Shown in pieces: positions 14,758 through 21,752 of a stretch of 64,000 nucleotides of DNA (position 1 is its first letter; every line of letters begins with the position of its first letter). The translations under genes were made by a program, and so were the position numbers. Origin of the DNA: Candidatus Babeliales bacterium (GTDB lineage: Bacteria > Babelota > Babeliae > Babelales > RVW-14); assembly GCA_019749895.1 (NCBI GenBank), contig JAIEPG010000002.1, positions 66,244-130,243 on the forward strand, given 5' to 3'. The notes under the pieces were generated by a model that ran no database searches, was not told the origin of the DNA, and worked only from the letters and a program-made list of their open reading frames with translations.

Positions 14758-16155
14758 CTAAAGCAAGGCATATGAATCAAAATTTCCTTGCTTCGTGAAG
14801 TACCTCGTCAGCAAAGAATCAATTTTAGCCTGTCTCTCCGCAAGAGGAATTTCTTTACTTACACCTGTGCCATGATTGTAGTACTTCTTATAAAAGCCTT
14901 CTAGCCCGGAGTGCGCAGAAAAAAAAGCTTCATTTCTACTAAGATCACTAGCAGGGTTATCATGATTAAAGTGTGAAATACTACCTTGCGGGGCAAATAA
15001 CTTATAATTAAATTCTCCACTCTTGGTACCAAATGCAATTGCACTGGTTCTATAGTGCGGTACAAGATCACCTGCTTTCAAAGATTTGTTGCTATCAAGT
15101 TGCTCCTGTGTTGCAGGAGCTCGATACGTTGAACCATTGTTCAAGGGGATCATGGTACCATCACCCTGAGCTTGCACAACAGCAACGGCCAACGAAACAA
15201 ACCAACCGGTATCGGTTAATGTTTTGGTAACTAGATTTTTAAGAACAGAAAATTGAGGCTTATGCGCATCTGTCAAATCTGCTTGCATTTTAGGCTGCGG
15301 CAAATGAACATCAATTGACGTCAAAATGTCACATTTCATAGAAGGGTCTACAGTACAATCGCGGCAATAATCTTCAGAATTACTGTAAGCGTAAATTTCA
15401 GTATCTTTAAAAGATTCAGAATGTGCCGATTTAAACCAATTAGCAAACTCTTGAAATCTTTGCTTATAGTTCACATTATTAAAAACGTCACCAGCATAAT
15501 TGGTATCGATAAAAATGAGCTTTTTAAAGGTAAAGCCAAAGCGAGCTAGCAAATCAATTAATTTAAAATCTTGACCGAGACACCCTGACCCAAGCGAAGC
15601 ATAGGTTAACTCTTTTTCTTTGCCATTAAACTTGGACAAACAAAATTCCAAGAAAAATAAATCAAAAATGCCTCTTCGCCATGAATCTATCGACAACTCA
15701 TAGCAAGCCTCAAAATGCCTAAATAAATCATGCAATTTATCAGTAGGAGTTAAACCTCTAAAACAATTATATGAACCAGGTTGAAACAGACCAGTCCCTT
15801 TTACGTGGTACTCGAGATACTTCACAAAAAACTCAGCATTTGGTTTCTCTAAAACCTTACCAGCCTCATCAACACCAAAAACATAATTGGTAAGTTCTTC
15901 TATCGCTGCTTTTTCGAGCAACGTAACGGGGTTAGTAAATTTTTTTCTCTTAAGTACTGCTGGCACACCTGGTCCCGCCGGTGCTGCTGGTCCTGCTGGT
16001 GCTGGTACAAGCGCAGACAATGCCTGCGCCAACGTTGCCAATTTTGTCTTAAGTGCCTGCAAACCAACTTGCAAACCAACCAACGGACCGGCTGCGGGCA
16101 TACATTGTGAAAAAGAGAAAAACAAAACAATAATTAATAATTTTTTAGACTTCAT
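14758..16155 (-). CDS. exported hypothetical protein (465 aa) with shared post-signal helix; possible Rossmann/methyltransferase-like core
   Basis: MKSKKLLIIVLFFSFSQCMP, then AAGPLVGLQVGLQALKTKLATLAQAL, then the Pro/Ala linker PAPAGPAAPAGPGVP. The segment YASLGSGCLGQD..KLIFIDTNY..CDILTSIDV weakly resembles SAM-MTase motifs I, II and IV. The fold call is low confidence. Confidence 0.7.
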   Translation of the reverse strand: MKSKKLLIIVLFFSFSQCMPAAGPLVGLQVGLQALKTKLATLAQALSALVPAPAGPAAPAGPGVPAVLKRKKFTNPVTLLEKAAIEELTNYVFGVDEAGKVLEKPNAEFFVKYLEYHVKGTGLFQPGSYNCFRGLTPTDKLHDLFRHFEACYELSIDSWRRGIFDLFFLEFCLSKFNGKEKELTYASLGSGCLGQDFKLIDLLARFGFTFKKLIFIDTNYAGDVFNNVNYKQRFQEFANWFKSAHSESFKDTEIYAYSNSEDYCRDCTVDPSMKCDILTSIDVHLPQPKMQADLTDAHKPQFSVLKNLVTKTLTDTGWFVSLAVAVVQAQGDGTMIPLNNGSTYRAPATQEQLDSNKSLKAGDLVPHYRTSAIAFGTKSGEFNYKLFAPQGSISHFNHDNPASDLSRNEAFFSAHSGLEGFYKKYYNHGTGVSKEIPLAERQAKIDSLLTRYFTKQGNFDSYALL

Positions 16156-16218
16156 ACCACCCCTCTCCCCAGAGCACAGCTCTTTATCCTCTAAAGAGCG
16201 TAGCGCAGGTAGCGGGGA

Positions 16219-16241
16219 GCGGGCAACAGTTTAGAAAAATG
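16219..16241 (-). promoter_or_regulatory. 23-nt upstream motif, copy 2 (upstream of 14758..16155)
   Basis: GCGGGCAACAGTTTAGAAAAATG. On the minus strand TTGCCC-N18-TACGCT. An 8-bp hairpin GCTCTTTA-tcctc-TAAAGAGC (about 16177-16199) lies in the presumed 5' UTR. Confidence 0.35.
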
Positions 16242-16251
16242 GCGAAAAAAA

Positions 16252-16276
16252 GAGGCCCGGGAAATTCCCAGACCTC
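16252..16276 (-). terminator. terminator of the OmpA/Pal-like gene
   Basis: GAGGCCCGGG-AAATT-CCCAGACCTC pairs at 8 of 10 positions. The A-run at 16245-16251 gives a T-run on the minus strand. Confidence 0.5.
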
Positions 16277-16300
16277 TTCAATGGACTCGCTTATGGCGTG

Positions 16301-16996
16301 TTATGCAAAATGAGAATCTTGCTCATCTTCCAAAACAACTTCAGCACGTCTGTTTGCAGACAATGCTTCAATCTTCTTGTCACGATCAGTTTCGTTAGTC
16401 CAAACCAATGGTGATTCATAACCAAGACCGATTGTCTTAATTTTTTCTTTTGGAAGACCTTGTGCAACCATTTCTTTCTTAACTGCTTGAGCGCGACGTT
16501 GTGAAAGTGCAAGGTTGTAGCCAGCTGAACCCATTTGGCAGGTATGGCCTTGTACTGTCACGGTCTTACCGCTTTCAATTGCTTTTTTTGCCAACTTACA
16601 GTCAGTAGCTACGACTGGCTTTTGATCATTCTTGATTTCGTTTTGGTTGAAATCAAAATGCACGCGTTGGAATTCATAATCTTCTTCAAAGGCTTCGTTG
16701 GTAACCAACAAATCTGCATCTTCTTCAGCATTGCGGTCTGCTGCGTTTGCAAGCTCATTGTCTACTTCTTGATTTGATACAACAAGATTTTCTTCATCTT
16801 CATTTACAAAAGCAAAGTCAGTCAATGATGCATCATCAAACAATTCTTCGTTTTCTGCTGTGTACACAGGAATCTCACCTTGTGTGTCAGCATGCACAAA
16901 TTTTCTGCCAGCATCGCAATGTTCAGCATCTTTCTTTTTGCCACAACCGGACACAAGAACTACTAGAGCCAGGCCCAAAAGCGTCAATTTTTTCAT
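16301..16996 (-). CDS. OmpA-family peptidoglycan-associated lipoprotein (Pal-like)
   Basis: Lipobox LLGLALVVLVSGC. An acidic linker follows. OmpA_C-like domain: VHFDFNQNEI..VTVQGHTCQMGSAGYNLALSQRRAQAV..LSANRRAEVVL. Confidence 0.85.
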   Translation of the reverse strand: MKKLTLLGLALVVLVSGCGKKKDAEHCDAGRKFVHADTQGEIPVYTAENEELFDDASLTDFAFVNEDEENLVVSNQEVDNELANAADRNAEEDADLLVTNEAFEEDYEFQRVHFDFNQNEIKNDQKPVVATDCKLAKKAIESGKTVTVQGHTCQMGSAGYNLALSQRRAQAVKKEMVAQGLPKEKIKTIGLGYESPLVWTNETDRDKKIEALSANRRAEVVLEDEQDSHFA

Positions 16997-17120
16997 CGTA
17001 TACTCCTATTATACCTGAAACAATAAAACCATTTTACTATCAGCGGTCCATACCAATTGCAACAAAAGGTATCATAAATAGTCCCATTTTACTACTAATT
17101 TATTCAGTTTGTTGATTCTA

Positions 17121-17150
17121 TTACGCACTTTTTTTAGGATAGGGTATAAT
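17121..17150 (+). promoter_or_regulatory. candidate sigma70-like promoter for rng
   Basis: Perfect TATAAT at 17145-17150, with a weak -35 TTACGC 18 nt upstream. A small hairpin GAATGA..TCATTC follows in the 5' UTR. Confidence 0.3.
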
Positions 17151-17228
17151 AGCGAATGAATCGCATTAATCATTCAAAAATTTGAAACTAAAGAAACTAT
17201 AAAAAAATTCCGTTTTTTTCGAGGCATC

Positions 17229-18740
17229 ATGGCAAAAAAAATTCTTATCAACAACGAGCTTTGGCAAACTCGCGTTGCCCTTTTAAATGACAATAAGTTA
17301 CAGGATATTTACTTTGATACCAAAAGCAAAGAAGATCTGGAGCGCTGTTATTTTAAAGGCCGCATTACCAAAGTTTTGCCAGGCATCCAAACTGCTTTTG
17401 TTGATATCGGACATAGCAAATCTGGCTTCTTGCACATTACCGAAGTAGACCGCTCACTGGCAACTGAAAAAATTTCAGAATTTTTGCAACTGGAAGATGA
17501 GGAAGAGCTGAGCAAACGCGAGCTCAAATCATCACTGGATATCAGCAAAATATTTACCGAAGGCGAAGACGTTTTGGTACAAGTTATTAAAGAACCAATT
17601 CACGAAAAAGGCGCCAAGCTAACCACTTGTTTTACCTTGCCTGGTAAATTTGTGGTACTCATGCCTAATATTCCACAAATTGGCGTTTCAAAAAAAATTG
17701 AAGACCGCGACGAGCGCACACGCTTAAAAGAAATTGTTGCACAATGCGTTCCTGAAGGTATGGGCGCTATCGCACGCACCACCGCAGAAGGCCGCCAACA
17801 AAAAGCAATTGAAAAAGATATTGAAGTTTTAATCTCAACTTGGAAATCGGTCCAAAAAAAGTTTGCCAAAGCAAAGCCTGGCGAAAAGATTCACGAAGAT
17901 CTTTCTCTGTCATTGCGTACCGTGCGCGACCACTTGGACGACGATGTTGAAGCGGTTATTACCGACGATCAGCAAGACCAAGAAAAAATTATGAGTGTGG
18001 TCAAAGCCCTAACGCCTGAATTTGCCAACCGCATCCGCTTTTATGGCGACCACCCGCCCCTGTTTGATAAATTTGATATTGAAAAGCAAATTGAAAAAGC
18101 GCTGCAAAAGAAGGTACAACTCAAGTCGGGCGGTTCGTTGATTATTGAATCTACCGAGGCGATGACGGTTGTGGACGTTAACACTGGCAAGTTTACCGGT
18201 TCCAACAATATGGAAGACACCATTTTGAAAACCAACTTGGAAGCAGCTGAAGAAATTGCCACACAACTGCGCCTGCGCAACATTGGCGGTCTTATTGTTA
18301 TCGACTTTATTGATATGGCTAACCAAGGTAACCGCCAAAAGCTTTCTCGCCATTTTGAAAAAATGTTACACGAGCGTGACAAATACCAGTCAGTTACCTT
18401 AAAAGTCTCAGAATTTGGTATTATTCAAATGACGCGTAAACGCTCTGGCAAAACATTGGTACAGCAGCTGATGCATGTGTGCCAAACGTGTCATGGCAGC
18501 GGCGCAGTTAAATCTACTTCAACACTCAGTTTTGAGTTGTTGCAAGAATTTAGCAAAGAGATTGTACGCAAAGGAATAAAAGATTCTATCGTTTTGAGCA
18601 TTCCGCTCAAGGTGTTTGACTATCTGATTCATCATGAGTATAAATCAATTTTGCAGCTTGAAAAAAGACTTGGCGTTAAAATTGTTTTAGAAAGTAATGA
18701 AGATCTTGAAGGCAACCACTTTCAGATTAATAAAGTTTAA
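17229..18740 (+). CDS. rng: ribonuclease G/E family endoribonuclease
   Basis: N-terminal S1 domain (YFKGRITKVLPGIQTAFVDIGHSKSGFLHI). Catalytic core (GGSLIIESTEAMTVVDVNTGKF, GGLIVIDFIDM). Zn-link-like CQTCHGSG. The 503-aa size fits RNase G. Confidence 0.9.
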   Translation: MAKKILINNELWQTRVALLNDNKLQDIYFDTKSKEDLERCYFKGRITKVLPGIQTAFVDIGHSKSGFLHITEVDRSLATEKISEFLQLEDEEELSKRELKSSLDISKIFTEGEDVLVQVIKEPIHEKGAKLTTCFTLPGKFVVLMPNIPQIGVSKKIEDRDERTRLKEIVAQCVPEGMGAIARTTAEGRQQKAIEKDIEVLISTWKSVQKKFAKAKPGEKIHEDLSLSLRTVRDHLDDDVEAVITDDQQDQEKIMSVVKALTPEFANRIRFYGDHPPLFDKFDIEKQIEKALQKKVQLKSGGSLIIESTEAMTVVDVNTGKFTGSNNMEDTILKTNLEAAEEIATQLRLRNIGGLIVIDFIDMANQGNRQKLSRHFEKMLHERDKYQSVTLKVSEFGIIQMTRKRSGKTLVQQLMHVCQTCHGSGAVKSTSTLSFELLQEFSKEIVRKGIKDSIVLSIPLKVFDYLIHHEYKSILQLEKRLGVKIVLESNEDLEGNHFQINKV

Positions 18741-18773
18741 TCCACTCTTCAGTAGCACAATCAAGGATACCGC

Positions 18774-20237
18774 ATGTCAGCCCAAACAAAAGGCATTTTA
18801 GAAAAATATCCCTCATACCAAGCAACTATTGGTATTGAAGTGCATGTCCAACTCAAAACAAAATCTAAAATATTTTGTGGTTGTTCCAACAATTTTGGCG
18901 ACGAACCAAATAGTAACATCTGCCAGGTATGCGCCGGCTACCCAGGTACCCTGCCCGTACTCAACAAAAAAGTTGTCGACTTTGCTATTATGGCAGGCCT
19001 AGCCGCAGATTGCTCCATAACGCCAAAAACTGACTTTGCACGCAAGCACTACATGTACCCTGACTTGCCCAAAAATTACCAAGTAACACAAGACGACAAT
19101 CCAATTTGCCAACATGGGCATATCACCATTGAGCTTGAAGATGGCTCTGAAAAACAGATTCGCATCTTGCGCATGCACATGGAAGAGGATGCGGGTAAAA
19201 ATATCCACACTACCTTGGGCACCAGCCTGGTAGATTTAAACCGTGCGGGCACGCCACTGCTAGAAATTGTTAGCCAACCAGACATTGCTAACGCACAAGA
19301 AGCACGCGCTTATTTAATGCGTTTGCGCTCAATAGTACAATATCTTGGCATCAGCGATGCCGACATGGAAAAGGGATCATTCCGTGCCGACGTTAACATT
19401 TCGGTAAAAAAGAAAGAAGCTACGCAGCTTGGCACGCGCGTTGAAGTTAAAAATATCAATTCGTTTAAATACATTGGCCAAGCAATTGATTATGAAATTG
19501 AACGGCACATTACCATGCTTGAAACGGGCGAAAAAATGCGTATGGAAACGCGCCTGTGGGACAGCAAAAATAATAAAACATTCTTCATGCGCTCAAAAGA
19601 AGAAACGGCAGACTATCGGTACTTTACTGAACCCGACTTGCCATTAATCGTTATTGACAATGCGTGGATTGAAAATTTGCGTAAACAACTTCCTGAGCTG
19701 CCACACCACAAGCTTGCGCGCTTTCAAAAAGAATATGGCCTTTCAGCGTACGAAGCCGCTATCTTGGTTGACACGCAAGAACGCGCCGACTTCTTTGAGC
19801 AAGCCGCAAAATCAGGCGCGCCAGCAAAGCCAATTGCAAACTGGATGCTGCGCAACTTATTAAGCTTTTTAAATGAAAGCAAACTGTCATTGAATGAAAG
19901 CCCGGTAACCCCTCAACATTTGGCAGCGTTGGTCAACGAGATTGAACAAGGCACCATCAACAACAAAATTGCTCAAGATGTTTTTGCTGAAATGGCAGCA
20001 ACCGGCAAAATGCCTGCGGTTATTATTGAAGAAAAAGATTTAAAACAAGTAGGCTCTAGCGATGAGCTTGAAGCAATCGTTAAAAAGATTGTTGAAGATA
20101 ACCCAGACTCAGTTGCCAAACTGAAAGCCGGCCAAGACCGCGTACTTGGTTTCTTTGTGGGCCAAGTTATGAAAGCCACGCAAGGAAAAGCAAACCCCGT
20201 GGTTATTAATGAGTTATTGAAAAAGTATTTGGGATAA
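18774..20237 (+). CDS. gatB: Asp-tRNA(Asn)/Glu-tRNA(Gln) amidotransferase subunit B
   Basis: Canonical GatB N-terminus (YQATIGIEVHVQLKTKSKIFCGC..CQVCAGYPGTLPVLN). LRMHMEEDAGK is present. The C-terminal YqeY-like tail is VGFFVGQVMKATQGKANP. Confidence 0.95.
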   Translation: MSAQTKGILEKYPSYQATIGIEVHVQLKTKSKIFCGCSNNFGDEPNSNICQVCAGYPGTLPVLNKKVVDFAIMAGLAADCSITPKTDFARKHYMYPDLPKNYQVTQDDNPICQHGHITIELEDGSEKQIRILRMHMEEDAGKNIHTTLGTSLVDLNRAGTPLLEIVSQPDIANAQEARAYLMRLRSIVQYLGISDADMEKGSFRADVNISVKKKEATQLGTRVEVKNINSFKYIGQAIDYEIERHITMLETGEKMRMETRLWDSKNNKTFFMRSKEETADYRYFTEPDLPLIVIDNAWIENLRKQLPELPHHKLARFQKEYGLSAYEAAILVDTQERADFFEQAAKSGAPAKPIANWMLRNLLSFLNESKLSLNESPVTPQHLAALVNEIEQGTINNKIAQDVFAEMAATGKMPAVIIEEKDLKQVGSSDELEAIVKKIVEDNPDSVAKLKAGQDRVLGFFVGQVMKATQGKANPVVINELLKKYLG

Positions 20238-20261
20238 CACTAAAAAAAGTTAAGCCTTGAT

Positions 20262-20287
20262 TTATTGTAGCTTAAAAACTACAATAA
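20262..20287 (+). terminator. AT-rich hairpin after gatB
   Basis: Perfect 9-bp stem TTATTGTAG / CTACAATAA with an 8-nt loop. The T-tract is weak. Confidence 0.3.
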
Positions 20288-20317
20288 AATTAGACGATTA
20301 AAAACCTGAAATCTGAG

Positions 20318-20527
20318 ATGATTATTGAACCTATAAAGATAGTAGTTTATAAGACAAAGACAGGAAAATCGCCATTTTTTACTTGGAGAGATAAACTTGA
20401 ACTAGGCGCAAGGGCCGTCATAAGAACGAGGCTTGACAGAGTTAGCGTTGGTGGGGATAAAGCAAGCCAAAATCGCGACATAGAAAAAGCAAAGCAATAT
20501 TGGCTCGAATATAAGGAACAAGGATGA
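20318..20527 (+). CDS. RelE/ParE-superfamily 'addiction module killer' toxin with an apparent internal in-frame deletion (likely inactive)
   Basis: The N-terminus (YKTKTGKSPFFTWRDKLELGARAVIRTRLDRVSVG) and the C-terminus (GDKASQNRDIEKAKQYWLEYK) both match the family. The expected central G-x-G-V-x-E-L-R..G-x-G-Y-R-x-Y block is missing. The ORF is 69 aa, whereas I recall roughly 95-110 aa for the family. Confidence 0.55.
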   Translation: MIIEPIKIVVYKTKTGKSPFFTWRDKLELGARAVIRTRLDRVSVGGDKASQNRDIEKAKQYWLEYKEQG

Positions 20528-20841
20528 AAAAAATAACAAAAAAAAGCAGGCATATTGATTATCATGAAAGATTGATTGAAGATCTAAAAGACCCAATAGA
20601 GGCAATTGCATACCTTAACGCTGCGCTCATGGACGAAGACCCTCGCATCTTCTTAATAGCCGTGAGAAATGTTATTGAAGCACATGGCATGAGCATCGCT
20701 GATATTGCAGAGCAAACCAACTTAAATAGAGAAAATCTCTATCGCACGCTCTCATCAAAAGGGAACCCCAAATTAACAAGTATCATTCCAATACTCAACT
20801 CACTCGGCTTGAATTTAGCAATTCAACCATACAAAAAATAG
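20524..20841 (+). CDS. addiction-module antidote protein (HTH, HigA-like)
   Basis: LKDPIEAIAYLNAALMDEDPRIFLIAVRNVIEAHGMSIADIAEQTNLNRENLYRTLSSKGNPKLTSIIPILNSLGLNL matches the 'probable addiction module antidote' family pattern. A 4-nt ATGA overlap joins it to the upstream toxin ORF. Confidence 0.8.
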   Translation: MKKITKKSRHIDYHERLIEDLKDPIEAIAYLNAALMDEDPRIFLIAVRNVIEAHGMSIADIAEQTNLNRENLYRTLSSKGNPKLTSIIPILNSLGLNLAIQPYKK

Positions 20842-20860
20842 AATTTATTTTAAAGAAAAA

Positions 20861-20884
20861 GAGGCTTGGTTTTCACCAAGCCTC
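20861..20884. terminator. bidirectional terminator
   Basis: Perfect 10-bp stem GAGGCTTGGT-tttc-ACCAAGCCTC, flanked by an A-run and a T-run. It sits between convergent genes. Confidence 0.7.
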
Positions 20885-20893
20885 TTTTTCTAT

Positions 20894-21277
20894 TCATGAA
20901 AGATGGAGAGCACGCTCTTCCCACGTCTTTCGCGGAGAGCTTTTTGGTTGTTGCTCCACAAGCCATGCAACATAAACTCTCAGCTTTTCAAGATTGTAGT
21001 CATGAGCTTCTTGATCAAAAAAAGCTTGCTGAAATTCAATAAAATACTTTCCGGTTAATCCCAAAAAAAACGTACGCTCATCACTCTCTTTGATGAACTT
21101 ATTTAAGTACCTAACTGGATCGCCATTAAATCGTTGTGAAATTGTTGTGATGAAAAATTCTTTATTATCATCAAACTCAGCCAACCATGCCTGTTTTTTT
21201 TCTGAGTGAGCAGCTGTATAGCCGTTACTAGAAAAACTTACCGCTAAAAAAATGGCCACAAAAAAAGCCCTAAACAT
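20894..21277 (-). CDS. small exported hypothetical protein (paralog pair member A)
   Basis: Signal-like MFRAFFVAIFLAVSFSSNGYTA. Shares AW(L/W)AEF..D..(F/Y)F.TT and FFD(Q/E)E..DY(N/D)LEKL..Y..WL with 21386..21718. Confidence 0.65.
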   Translation of the reverse strand: MFRAFFVAIFLAVSFSSNGYTAAHSEKKQAWLAEFDDNKEFFITTISQRFNGDPVRYLNKFIKESDERTFFLGLTGKYFIEFQQAFFDQEAHDYNLEKLRVYVAWLVEQQPKSSPRKTWEERALHLS

Positions 21278-21327
21278 AATCCAACGTCTCTCGCTAAATT
21301 GTTCTTAATACTATTGCTACCAAAGAA

Positions 21328-21358
21328 GAAGAGGGACTTTTTTTATAAGCCCCTCTTC
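21328..21358 (-). terminator. hairpin after 21386..21718
   Basis: GAAGAGGG / CCCTCTTC 8-bp stem with an AT-rich 15-nt loop. Confidence 0.35.
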
Positions 21359-21385
21359 TAAAAAAACTACTCTTGGCCTTCAAAC

Positions 21386-21718
21386 TTATCTTGGTTGCCA
21401 CGCAAGCCATTGTGAATAAGCAGCAAGTTTTTCAAGGTCATAATCATTCTTTTCTTCATCAAAAAACATAGTATGAAACGTTTTATAAGACGTTCTTAAT
21501 TCTTCTTGCAATTCATCACGCTTAGTCTTGTTATTCGTAAAGTCATACAAGCCATGACCAAATTTAGGGAAAATACTTCTACGAGCAGTAGTTGCAAAAT
21601 AATCTCTATCGCCATTAAATTCAGCCCACCACGCTACCCGTTCACTCTCAGTAAACGAATACCCACTGGTTGTACAACTTACCGAGAAAAAAAGCACTAA
21701 TCCAAAAGCCTTATTCAT
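21386..21718 (-). CDS. small exported hypothetical protein (paralog pair member B)
   Basis: Signal-like MNKAFGLVLFFSVSCTTSGYS. Shares motifs with 20894..21277. Confidence 0.65.
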   Translation of the reverse strand: MNKAFGLVLFFSVSCTTSGYSFTESERVAWWAEFNGDRDYFATTARRSIFPKFGHGLYDFTNNKTKRDELQEELRTSYKTFHTMFFDEEKNDYDLEKLAAYSQWLAWQPR

Positions 21719-21752
21719 AAATATCCTTAGATTTGTCTGTAATGGTTATTAG

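Noticed and set aside
16252-16276. GGGAAATTCCC palindrome resembling a eukaryotic NF-kB site.
   Set aside because: It is simply the apical part of the terminator hairpin of the OmpA/Pal-like gene. A eukaryotic transcription-factor site has no plausible role here.
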